From: an uncultured virus (IMG/VR IMGVR_UViG_3300033463_000098)
Taxonomy: Duplodnaviria > Heunggongvirae > Uroviricota > Caudoviricetes
Reading direction: 5' to 3' (one strand)
Virus record (IMG/VR): IMGVR_UViG_3300033463_000098
DNA: 64,000 bases
The position numbers and the translations under genes were made by a program. Position 1 is the first letter of the stretch. Each line of letters opens with the position of its first letter. Positions 20,218 to 29,112 of the stretch are shown here, in pieces. A model generated the notes under the pieces. That model did not search any database, was not told the origin of the DNA, and saw only the letters and a program-made list of their open reading frames with translations.

Positions 20218-20730
20218 GTGAAGTCCAATTACATTGTGAGAGCAAAGAAGTTTATGCGCGATTTCCTGCCTTATCTTGAGGCGTATGAATTTGTGGGCAG
20301 AGCCGTCCTTGCTTATAATGAAGCAAAGCACCGTCATGTTGAACATTATCATGGTTTAGTTAGGCAGTGCGTATGCTTGTCTGATTATGCTATCAAATGG
20401 GATTATAATGAATATTATGCTGATATTTATGGCGGGTGCAAGGAAGAAGTTATTAACTATAACTTCGCTCGCGAGCATGGCTATGAGTATCTTTTCGCGG
20501 AAATTACGCCGATTGAAATTTGTGGGCGTGTGTTTTATGTAATGCCGCGCGTGAAAAAGTTAGCAATTACGTTTGATGAATATGAACCCGATAACCGGCT
20601 GTCATATGATGAATATGAGTTTGTTTTTGGGGTTATGGGATTGCATGATATGCATGATGAAAACTGGGGCTTGGTTAATGGAAAAGTGAAAATCATTGAC
20701 TATGCGAATTATAAGAGAGAGGATGAATAA
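20218..20730 (+). CDS. protein-kinase-like (PKL-fold) protein
   Basis: GLVR...YAIKWD, CKEEV, HDMHDENWG, KIIDYA. Confidence 0.75.
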   Translation: MKSNYIVRAKKFMRDFLPYLEAYEFVGRAVLAYNEAKHRHVEHYHGLVRQCVCLSDYAIKWDYNEYYADIYGGCKEEVINYNFAREHGYEYLFAEITPIEICGRVFYVMPRVKKLAITFDEYEPDNRLSYDEYEFVFGVMGLHDMHDENWGLVNGKVKIIDYANYKREDE

Positions 20731-20962
20731 TCCTTTCTTTTTTATCTTTATGTTAATTATATAGTCCGGGTCATATAATTAACCGTCTTTTAACTTGACT
20801 TTTCTTAGATTTTCTGTTATACTATAATTGTTCCAAGGGCAGGGAGGTAAGGACGAAGAGCCAAGAATTAACAAAGTCTTAACTTGACTTTCCGCTGAAT
20901 CTCTGCTATAATAATCACAGAAAGGGCAAGGAAAAGCCCAAAAAACCAGAAAGGGAAACAAT

Positions 20963-21283
20963 ATGTCTATGAACGCCGCTGAGATCAAGTCCACCGCTCG
21001 CCAGATGACCATCGCTGCTATCATGCCCGCCTTGATGGAGAACGACGCTGTGAAGTTCGCGGATGCGTCCTTTGCCATCCTGCAGACCGTTGACGGTCAG
21101 GAAGTTTGGACGGAAGTTACCGTCAAGTCCAAGGCGTACAAGCCCACCAAGGTGTCGCCCGCGTTCGACCCCTTTGAGGCCGCGGAGGCGTGGGAGGCCG
21201 AGAAGAAAATCAAGGCCGATGCCAAGGCTGCCAAGGAAGCTGAGAAGGCCGCAAAGCTTGCGGCGAAAGAGGAGAAGGCGTAA
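20963..21283 (+). CDS. hypothetical protein with Ala/Lys-rich C-terminal tail
   Basis: promoter, conserved leader, GC-rich codons; paralog of 26211 and 26734. Confidence 0.8.
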   Translation: MSMNAAEIKSTARQMTIAAIMPALMENDAVKFADASFAILQTVDGQEVWTEVTVKSKAYKPTKVSPAFDPFEAAEAWEAEKKIKADAKAAKEAEKAAKLAAKEEKA

Positions 21284-21361
21284 GCCTTCTTCTTTTTTTT
21301 TATGGTATTGTTAATTAAATAGCCCGGGTATTAAAGTTAATATAAAATTAAAGAAGCGTGA

Positions 21362-21670
21362 TTAACACGCTTCTTTTGTTGCGGTTACGACAATACCAAT
21401 TTCATTGGTATTAATATAGCAATCGCCATATTCAGTTTTGATAGCAACGTCATATCCCATTGCTTGAAGTTTTTCAATGCTAATACGGATATTCTTAACG
21501 AGATCGGTTACACGCTGGCGTGCTTCTATTTCGCGCCGTTTCTTAACAATCTCCATGAGATCGTTAACAAACGGCTCAAGCTGGTCTGTTTTCATTGCGA
21601 GAACATCTTCCGCGAGCATGGCGAGAGCGGTTTCATTATATTCAGAAGAATGGTGCGAAACATCTTTCAC
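21362..21670 (-). CDS. hypothetical protein
   Basis: second gene of a two-gene cassette. Confidence 0.65.
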   Translation of the reverse strand: MKDVSHHSSEYNETALAMLAEDVLAMKTDQLEPFVNDLMEIVKKRREIEARQRVTDLVKNIRISIEKLQAMGYDVAIKTEYGDCYINTNEIGIVVTATKEAC

Positions 21671-21825
21671 GAATTTTTTGCTCCTTTCAAATTTTCCATC
21701 ATTAGGAGAATCTTTTCATACTCTTCCGCATAGCGGTAACGGTCAAACATTGCGAGACGTAAGCGGCGAATTTTAGGAGAACAAGGTTGCCGCGCAATCC
21801 ATTTACGAATTTTATCAAAGTCCAT
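21667..21825 (-). CDS. small hypothetical protein
   Basis: start MDFDKIRKW after AAAGGAG. Confidence 0.6.
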   Translation of the reverse strand: MDFDKIRKWIARQPCSPKIRRLRLAMFDRYRYAEEYEKILLMMENLKGAKNS

Positions 21826-21997
21826 TAGTTTATTGCTCCTTTCATTTTCTATATATATAATAGCAGAAATTAAATTAAAAGTCAAGTTAATAGTTTGTTA
21901 ATTTGAATAACCGGGCACCTTATTTTACATAATCTTAACTTGACTTCATATGTGATTTATTGTATAATGATATTAGAAAGCGAAAGGAGATTAGCCT

Positions 21998-22516
21998 ATG
22001 AAGTCTGATTATCGTGTTCGTGCGGAGAAGTTCCTGCGGTCTGTGTTCCCCTATATTCAGAACGTGCTGTCTGATGAGGACGCCGTTGCCGACGCAATCG
22101 CGGACTATAACCGCCATCACTCCCGCAAGGTGGAAGTCAACTATGGCTCCGCGCGGATTGCCCTCATTACCTCTGACTATGTGGTAAAGTGGGACTATGA
22201 TGAGGACAATGTTGCGGACATTGGCGGCTGTGAGAAAGAATGGGAAGTGTATTGCCGCGCGTGTGATGCTGGTATGTCCCATCTTTTCGCGGAAAGCACG
22301 TTGATTGACTATTGCGGCGTTACCTTTGAGATTATGCCGCGAATCAGGGCAATTGGTCCCACTCATCATAAGTATGATTTTCTTTATATGATTTCGGCGG
22401 CAGAGGAAATTTGGCTGCGTGAAAATGGCATATTGTACGACCTTCACCACTGGAATTGGGGTATTATGCGCAATAAGCCTGTGATTGTGGACTATGCCTA
22501 CATTGAAACGGAATAA
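21998..22516 (+). CDS. protein-kinase-like (PKL-fold) protein
   Basis: GSAR...YVVKWD, CEKEW, YDLHHWNWG, VIVDYA; paralog of 20218. Confidence 0.78.
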   Translation: MKSDYRVRAEKFLRSVFPYIQNVLSDEDAVADAIADYNRHHSRKVEVNYGSARIALITSDYVVKWDYDEDNVADIGGCEKEWEVYCRACDAGMSHLFAESTLIDYCGVTFEIMPRIRAIGPTHHKYDFLYMISAAEEIWLRENGILYDLHHWNWGIMRNKPVIVDYAYIETE

Positions 22517-22623
22517 CCGCATAAGCGGTTATTTTTTTATAGGAATGTTAATTTTATAGCCCGGACTATATATTTAACATATGGTTAATAAAAGAAAATC
22601 CCGCCTTGCGGCGGGATTTTAGA

Positions 22624-23010
22624 TTAGGCAAGCCGGTAGGTATTCGCCTTGCCCTTGGCCTCGGTCTTGATCAGTTCGGGCGCCATCTCCCGCAGGAGAA
22701 CCGCCTGAACCTTGCCGACAGTGAAATCGGCGGGCAGTTCGCCCTTGGCGACCTCAAAGAGATCCTTGGCGGTGATGTCCGCGGTGAGATAGTTCCGCAG
22801 AACAGGGGCGACCTTGGCGATCAGTTCCGCCCGCGCCTTGGCGTTCTGCTCCTTGCGCTTGGCGTTCTGCTTCGCCTTGGAAGCGTCAGAGCGGGACTTG
22901 CCAAGCTGGGCGACCATCTTGGAAATGACCTCGCGGACTTCGGTCTCGGTCTCGGGGATGAAGGTCAGAGCGGTGGACAGAGCGGCGGACTTGGTGATGA
23001 TGTTCTTCAT
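22624..23010 (-). CDS. putative winged-helix DNA-binding protein
   Basis: ITAKDLFE...FTVGKVQAVL...KANTYRL pattern; paralog of 24466. Confidence 0.6.
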   Translation of the reverse strand: MKNIITKSAALSTALTFIPETETEVREVISKMVAQLGKSRSDASKAKQNAKRKEQNAKARAELIAKVAPVLRNYLTADITAKDLFEVAKGELPADFTVGKVQAVLLREMAPELIKTEAKGKANTYRLA

Positions 23011-23275
23011 AATGATACCCTTTCTGGTTTGTGAGGTTTTCCTTCCTCTGTTGTGTATTCATTATAGCACTTTCGCGCTAGAATGTCAAGTTAACTGTTT
23101 GTTAAGAGTTTCGGGGTTGGCTTTGGGATTTGTTTTCCTTCCCTCTCAACAAATATAGTATAGCAGAATTTGAAATGAAAGTCAATACTTTTCTATGTAA
23201 AGATTAAGTAAAATACATAGTCCGGACTACATAATTAACATTGATTTAATAAAAGAATTAAGGCCCTGATGGGCC

Positions 23276-24292
23276 TTAATATCTGAAATCGCTTCCCATA
23301 TATTCCGCGAGGCGGTTAATCCTATTCATAAGCCCACGGCAATAATTGGAAACATCGCCGCCAGTTTCTTCTATTTTCGCGTCAATGTATGCCGTGATAG
23401 CATCAAAAACCGCGTAACATTCTACCATGTTAGGAACCTGCCGACGCATACAAAATTCATCGGTGCCGCCCAAGTCACGGAAGGGGAAGAACTTAATGCC
23501 GGGGGTCACGGCATGTTTTGTCGCAATCTTTGAAAGGATGAAAGTTTCGATTTCTGCGTCATTCAATGCGGTGTGAGACTCAATAAAGTCATACTTATTA
23601 ATCAAATACTGATAAGAAGATTCAGCGGAAGTTTTGAAGAATGTGCCGGAGTTGGTGAACATGCCGTGATTGATACATTCATTTTTATAGGTTGCGTTAT
23701 TAAGAAGGTGAGTAGTTGCCAAACCCCAAAGGTCAAACAACATATACTCATTGCCATGAAAACGGAAAATATCGGCTTCAAAATCAGGGTCGCCCTTATC
23801 TTTTCCCTTATTATCTGCGATAAAGGCCGCGCTCCTGCGCTGGAGATTTTCCCAAGCGAAGTAGTCAGGGCTATAAAGCTCACGGATATAAAGATCGGTG
23901 AAGGGAATGGCCTTTTTGAAATCGAACATGGCATTGAACGCGCCCACAGCGTCAACCTTCCCCAAGTCCTCAATAAAAATTTTCATAACATCATTCCAAG
24001 GTAAGACAGAAGTTTCGCTACGGGAAAGCATTTCAAGATAGATAGGACGCTTTTCGGCATAATATGCCGTGTTAAAGATGGCGGGAACAGAAAAGGTTTC
24101 GGCAATCAGAAATTGCTTTTTGTCATAGATATGGCCCTTTCGGTCGGTGATAGTCCACCCAATGTCATAAACAAGGGGCTTCGCAATCGCAATACGCTTT
24201 TTGCGCTCGGGGTCGCCCTGCGCGATTTCATTTGCGAAAGGGAGGGTCGCGGTTTCCGTATCAACTACCATGAAATACAATTTCTTCGCCAT
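23276..24292 (-). CDS. DnaQ/DEDDh-like 3'-5' exonuclease
   Basis: VDTETA, AFNAMFDF, ESHTALNDA; paralog of 19335. Confidence 0.85.
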   Translation of the reverse strand: MAKKLYFMVVDTETATLPFANEIAQGDPERKKRIAIAKPLVYDIGWTITDRKGHIYDKKQFLIAETFSVPAIFNTAYYAEKRPIYLEMLSRSETSVLPWNDVMKIFIEDLGKVDAVGAFNAMFDFKKAIPFTDLYIRELYSPDYFAWENLQRRSAAFIADNKGKDKGDPDFEADIFRFHGNEYMLFDLWGLATTHLLNNATYKNECINHGMFTNSGTFFKTSAESSYQYLINKYDFIESHTALNDAEIETFILSKIATKHAVTPGIKFFPFRDLGGTDEFCMRRQVPNMVECYAVFDAITAYIDAKIEETGGDVSNYCRGLMNRINRLAEYMGSDFRY

Positions 24293-24465
24293 TTTTAAAT
24301 CCTTTCTGGTTTACGGTGTTTTCCTTCACCTGATGGATATATTATAACACGGGGGAAGGGTTATGTCAATAGATTTTTATGTTAAGTCTGAGTGAATTAG
24401 ATGGGCCGGGAAATAAAATTAACATAGGGTTAAAAGAAGAACCGCCCTCGCGGGCGGTTCTTTTG

Positions 24466-24798
24466 TTACGCCTTCGTAAAGGTGAAGGCGTTCTTGCCGT
24501 TGTCGTGCTTAACGACCTCGTCGTTCCAGTAGTTACGCAGAGCGTAACCGACCTTGTTCGGGGTGAAGCCCTGCGGCCACTCGTCGCTCGCTTCAAAGAT
24601 TTCCTTCGCCGTCATCGGCTCGTTGCCCATCACGCCGAAGGCGATTTCCTTCGCCTCGTCGTAGGCGATGCGGTTCGCGTCGCGCTTCGCGTTCAGACGC
24701 TCATACTCGGCGTTGACTTCCTCGCGCAGAACAGACAGGTCAACAGTCTCGTCGCCGTTCAGGTAGTTGCGGATGGCTTCCAGAGTGTTCTTCTTCAT
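24466..24798 (-). CDS. putative winged-helix DNA-binding protein
   Basis: MTAKEIFE...FTPNKVGYALR...KNAFTFT. Confidence 0.6.
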   Translation of the reverse strand: MKKNTLEAIRNYLNGDETVDLSVLREEVNAEYERLNAKRDANRIAYDEAKEIAFGVMGNEPMTAKEIFEASDEWPQGFTPNKVGYALRNYWNDEVVKHDNGKNAFTFTKA

Positions 24799-24894
24799 AG
24801 TGTTATGTCCTTTCTGGTTTGTTGGGTTTTCCTTCCCTTTGATGTATTTATTATAGCACCGATTGGCTATAATGTCAAGTTAAGAGTTTGTTAA

Positions 24895-25035
24895 GGTTTA
24901 TCCCTTTTCGTTCGCCTTAACCAAATGCCTGCGGCTTCTCTCGCTTATTGGGAACAGGCAGTCGTAAGTTGCGGGGAGTACTTCGCGGGTACCAACGCGG
25001 TGAGTGGGCTATCCCCTGTTTCCTGCCCTCTCAAC
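24895..25035 (-). ncRNA. possible small non-coding RNA
   Basis: own TTGACA-17-TATACT promoter (about 25042-25070); GC-rich ~140 nt with no convincing RBS-led ORF. Confidence 0.35.
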
Positions 25036-25087
25036 ATATTTAGTATATCACGATTTCCGCTCTTTGTCAAGTTAAGATTTCGTGAAG

Positions 25088-25162
25088 TGGTGAGGGTGGC
25101 GGGAATCGAACCCGCGATACATGGATTAAAAGTCCATTGCCATACCACTTGGCTACACCCTC
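25088..25162 (-). tRNA. tRNA-Lys(UUU) with encoded CCA
   Basis: acceptor GAGGGTG/CACCCTC-A-CCA, anticodon arm ATGGA-CTTTTAA-TCCAT, T arm GCGGG-TTCGATT-CCCGC. Confidence 0.93.
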
Positions 25163-25304
25163 ATGTTTTGGGTTTTGGTTTCCCTCGCCCTCAACTGAAT
25201 ATAGTATAGCAGAAATTGAATGAAATGTCAATAGTTTAGAAGGTAAAGATTGTGTAAAGTATAGTGCCCGGACTATATATTTTACATAGAGTTAAAAGAG
25301 AACA

Positions 25305-25493
25305 CTATGCGTTCTCCCATTCTTCCCATGACTCCCAAAAAAGACCCCAATCATCACATTCTTCCATGGGGTCGTTAATGTAACAAACCCCGCCGCCATA
25401 ATAGGGGCAATCGGTACCGTTACACGGGCAATAAACCCATTCGCGCTTGCCAGTGTTGCGGTCAAAATGCTTACCATCACTTTCTCTAATCAT
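25305..25493 (-). CDS. small Cys-rich protein
   Basis: MIRESDG...YCPCNGTDCPYY...C...C; GGGAGG RBS. Confidence 0.65.
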   Translation of the reverse strand: MIRESDGKHFDRNTGKREWVYCPCNGTDCPYYGGGVCYINDPMEECDDWGLFWESWEEWENA

Positions 25494-25662
25494 AATAGTC
25501 CTCCCAATCTTCATAGGCTTCAATCTCGTATTCGTGTTCAAAGTTATAGTCCTTTTTCTTGTTAGGAATAATCTTGGTTACGGGATTGATGTTACCCCAA
25601 TCGCCGCGAATCTTGCGGACAACTTCATAGGTGGAATTGGTGTTCTTCTTATTCTTCTTCAC
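25486..25662 (-). CDS. small hypothetical protein
   Basis: GTG start after AAGGGGG; MKKNKKNTNSTYEVVRKIRGDWG... Confidence 0.55.
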   Translation of the reverse strand: MKKNKKNTNSTYEVVRKIRGDWGNINPVTKIIPNKKKDYNFEHEYEIEAYEDWEDYYD

Positions 25663-25820
25663 TTCTAAACCCCCTTTGATTTTAGGATTATGGTTTATCT
25701 CTTGGTTCTGAAACTATTATATCAAAAACAAAATGAAATGTCAAGTTAAAGGATTATTAACTTTATAACCCGGCTAGAATAATTAACATGATTTTAAAAT
25801 GAAATTAGAGGAATGGTTAA

Positions 25821-26090
25821 TTACCATTCCTCGTCTATGGAACCGCAGATTTCAAACATGTCACATCCACAATAGGGGTCATAGTTGGATTCGTCCACAT
25901 CATCGGGAATATTATCTTCATAATCTTCGGGGTCGTAAATTTCATTGCCCCAAAAATAAACGATGTTTTGAGGGTCGTTATATTCAACCTTTTCTACAAC
26001 CTCATAGAGACCGTGAAGGTGATGGTCAGCAAGGACAATAGCATCTTCGGGCACATTCTGGAGTTCCCTAATCAGTTCTTTAACAGTCAT
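25821..26090 (-). CDS. acidic hypothetical phage protein
   Basis: MTVKELIRELQNVPEDA. Confidence 0.75.
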   Translation of the reverse strand: MTVKELIRELQNVPEDAIVLADHHLHGLYEVVEKVEYNDPQNIVYFWGNEIYDPEDYEDNIPDDVDESNYDPYCGCDMFEICGSIDEEW

Positions 26091-26210
26091 AATTAAAATC
26101 TCCTTTCTTTTTCTATAAATAATATAGCATATTAAAAGAAAATTGTCAAGTTAATTATTAGTTAATTATATAATCCGGGCAATATAATTAACATAGAAAT
26201 AAAAAGGGGA

Positions 26211-26582
26211 TTACTCCCCTTCCTTTTCCTTTTTCGCGGCTTCGCGCTTGGCCTTGTCCTTGGCTGCCTTTTCCGCGCGGGCGGCGGCCTGTTCGGCCTT
26301 CTTCGCCTTCTTCGCGTTGTAGTCGGCAATCTCGGACTCCATGAGTTCTTCCGCGCTCATGTCCTCGCGCAGTTCGGCAACGATGGCGCCAATGCGGATG
26401 TAACGCTCCGCACCGTTAACATCCTTCATGAGGATGCCAAACTGGCGGTCGTTGATCTTCTCAAACCTGATAACGCTGTCCGCGATGTCGGAATATTCCT
26501 CATCGTCAAAGTAGTCGGGGAACATGAAGTGGAAAACTTCGTTGCGGAGAATGGAATCGACGACGGCCTTGGAAATCTTCAT
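26211..26582 (-). CDS. hypothetical protein with Ala/Lys-rich tail
   Basis: conserved leader, GC-rich codons. Confidence 0.8.
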   Translation of the reverse strand: MKISKAVVDSILRNEVFHFMFPDYFDDEEYSDIADSVIRFEKINDRQFGILMKDVNGAERYIRIGAIVAELREDMSAEELMESEIADYNAKKAKKAEQAAARAEKAAKDKAKREAAKKEKEGE

Positions 26583-26733
26583 AGTGTTTGCCCTTTCTGG
26601 TTTGGAGTGTTTTCCTTCACTTGTTGATATAAGTATAGCAGAAATTTAGGTAAATGTCAATACTTTTTTGTGTTAATTATCGGTAAAATAGAGTGGCCGG
26701 GCTATTAAATTAACATTGAATTAAAGAAGGGGA

Positions 26734-27132
26734 TTACTCCCCTTCGTGAATCATGGCATCAAGACCCTTTTCGTTAAGGTTCTTGATAACCTTGCGGGCG
26801 TTGCGCTTGCGCTCCTTTTCCTTTTCGGCGCGCTCTGCCTTTTCCTTGCGCTTGGCTTCCTTGTCCGCCTTATCCGCGAGGACAAGTTTCCAATCTTCGG
26901 CGGCGGCGTAACCGTCGTAAGCGTCATAGCCGCCATCGCCATTGCGGGAACCGCGAGGGATAGAGACTTTGATGAGGGCAAACTTTTCGTTACCTTCGGC
27001 ATCAACAACAGGCATTGCGAGTTCGCTTGCGCTAACGGGCATCACATCGGTTTCGTAGTGTTCGGACAGAAAGTTAATGAACGCGGCGAGAATGTCATTG
27101 CGGATTGCGGTTTCAAGAGACGCTTTACTCAT
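26734..27132 (-). CDS. hypothetical protein with Lys/Glu/Ala-rich tail
   Basis: start MSKASLE after the conserved leader. Confidence 0.8.
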   Translation of the reverse strand: MSKASLETAIRNDILAAFINFLSEHYETDVMPVSASELAMPVVDAEGNEKFALIKVSIPRGSRNGDGGYDAYDGYAAAEDWKLVLADKADKEAKRKEKAERAEKEKERKRNARKVIKNLNEKGLDAMIHEGE

Positions 27133-27207
27133 GGATGTTATCCTTTCTGGTTTTTTAGTGTTTTCCTTCACTTTCTGGATATAGTATAGCAGATTTGGGG
27201 AGAAAAG

Positions 27208-27360
27208 TCAAGTTAAGATTTCTTTAATTTCTTTCTTAATAAATTTAATCTTACATTCTTTACAGTAATAAATCTTAGGATATTTGGGCTGTTTGTTTCT
27301 TTCTACCCATAACGCACCTTGATGACATTTGGGGCAAAGACTCCAATATCGGTTAATCAT
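27208..27360 (-). CDS. small Zn-ribbon protein
   Basis: MINRYWSLCPKC...YCKEC; AAAGGAG RBS; stop lies within the next -35 box. Confidence 0.6.
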   Translation of the reverse strand: MINRYWSLCPKCHQGALWVERNKQPKYPKIYYCKECKIKFIKKEIKEILT

Positions 27361-27481
27361 TTGACTTTCTCCTTTCACTTTCTATAAATAGTATAGCACA
27401 ATTTTTATAAAAAGTCAAGTAAATTATTTGTTAAATTTATAGTCCGGCAAATTTAGTTAACATGAAATTAAAAAAAGTCGG

Positions 27482-27928
27482 CTACGCTGCCGACTTTACA
27501 AATTCTGTTAAGATTGTGAAAATTTCACTGGGTTCATATGCCGCGCCGTTGCCCCATGTGTCACGATTTTTCGCTTCATCATCAAACAGGCAACCGCTGC
27601 CGCAAGTTTCCCATTTGTTAGTACCATATGGAACGATTTTAATTTCATCCCATTTAACAGACGGCAGGTGAAGGCCAAGCCAAAACATTTTCGCGCCCGT
27701 CACAAGTGCGTCATATTCCGGCGTGCTGGACTTTGACAACCAAGAAATAACGCCGATTTCATAACCCATTTTCTGAAGGCGATTCAGATAGCGGGCAAGT
27801 CGCGAAAGATTCACAAGCGGGCGGGCGATTTCATAGGGCGTCGGGTCGCCGTCAATCAACATCGGAAGCCAGTTCTGAACCCCGTAAAGATCAGCGATTG
27901 TCCCATCCATGTCAAACCAGATTTTCAT
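27482..27928 (-). CDS. HAD-family phosphatase / 5'(3')-deoxyribonucleotidase-like
   Basis: MKIWFDMDGTIADL (DxDGT), K...LFDD. Confidence 0.8.
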   Translation of the reverse strand: MKIWFDMDGTIADLYGVQNWLPMLIDGDPTPYEIARPLVNLSRLARYLNRLQKMGYEIGVISWLSKSSTPEYDALVTGAKMFWLGLHLPSVKWDEIKIVPYGTNKWETCGSGCLFDDEAKNRDTWGNGAAYEPSEIFTILTEFVKSAA

Positions 27929-28065
27929 ATTGTGTTTGCTCCTTTCCTGTTCTGATATAAGTATATCAAAAATGGGGTAAAAAGTCAAGTTAAGATTATG
28001 TTAAATAGGCGGCCCGGGCATTATAGTTAACATTGATATAAAAAAAGTATAGGTGATACCTATAC

Positions 28066-28443
28066 TTAATTTTGTATGAAATAAAGTTTATGTATGTGGC
28101 GGTAAGTATGTTCAATAATTTCAACTTCGGATTGCCATTGGTCTGGATGCCAATTGATTTCTATGTTTTCACAATGCGCGGCATAATAATTTTTAACAAA
28201 GTCTACGGCTTTATTATAATTATTTGCGCGGTTGACAAGTTCTTGTTGTTCGGTGATAAGGCGTGTTTTTGCTTTGTCTTTCAATTCACCATCGGGGTAA
28301 AGTTCGACACAGCAGCGAGCAGTTTCTACGATGCTAACTTGGGCTTGTAGCCGTTTTGACATTACTAGCGCGGTGTCCCATTGCCGCTTATATTCCAACG
28401 TCCAGTTATTGTAATTCTTCACAGCTTTCTTCTTTCCAAACAT
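28066..28443 (-). CDS. hypothetical protein
   Basis: promoter, RBS and terminator within one cassette. Confidence 0.7.
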   Translation of the reverse strand: MFGKKKAVKNYNNWTLEYKRQWDTALVMSKRLQAQVSIVETARCCVELYPDGELKDKAKTRLITEQQELVNRANNYNKAVDFVKNYYAAHCENIEINWHPDQWQSEVEIIEHTYRHIHKLYFIQN

Positions 28444-28760
28444 ATTTTTATGCTCCTTTCAGCTTGTGCCTTAATTATAACAGCTTTCCAGCCTGCTGTC
28501 AAGTTAAGATTCTGTTAAGTCTAGCTTGTGACTGGCAACGCAAACAACCGGAACGCATCCGGCAATTAACACAAATTTAATCTGTGCTTTACTCAAAGTT
28601 AACACTTCCTTAACTTAAACATAACAATCACCTCTGTTACCTATATTCCACCATAGGGTATTGTACCACATTCGCGGCGAGTTGTCAAGTTAATTGTGTG
28701 TTAATTAGAGTGCCCGTGCAATTTGTTTAACATAGGATTTACATAAAAAAAATTGGCTCC

Positions 28761-28970
28761 TTAGCGGCGCCAATTTTTGTCATTTTCGGTGATTTCGCCG
28801 GTGTCGGGCGTGAACTGGTAGAATTTGCCATTATCGCAGTGGATGTTAATTTGGAAGAAATTGTTAACTTCCATTTTTTCAATCGCGGGAATGTTGAAAG
28901 TCCAACCAAAGAAAGCATCAAACGCGGCGAGAGCGCCTTCAAAATCGCGGAAAGACATTGCCTTATTCAT
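28761..28970 (-). CDS. hypothetical protein
   Basis: MNKAMSFRDF after GAGGAG. Confidence 0.7.
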   Translation of the reverse strand: MNKAMSFRDFEGALAAFDAFFGWTFNIPAIEKMEVNNFFQINIHCDNGKFYQFTPDTGEITENDKNWRR

Positions 28971-29112
28971 TGTTTGTTCTCCTCTCAATTCGTCGTTTTT
29001 TATTTTATTATATCATATATTTTTGATTTGTCAAGAGGTTTTTAATGTAAAATATTGGTTAACTATAATGCCCGGGCTATATAGTTTACATATGCTTAAT
29101 ATAAGAAAAGGG

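Noticed and set aside
22606..27189. Long + strand ORFs opposite GC-rich cassette genes (e.g. 22606, 24379, 26746)
   Set aside because: They are antisense shadows of GC-rich codons; promoters, RBS and terminators all point to the minus strand.
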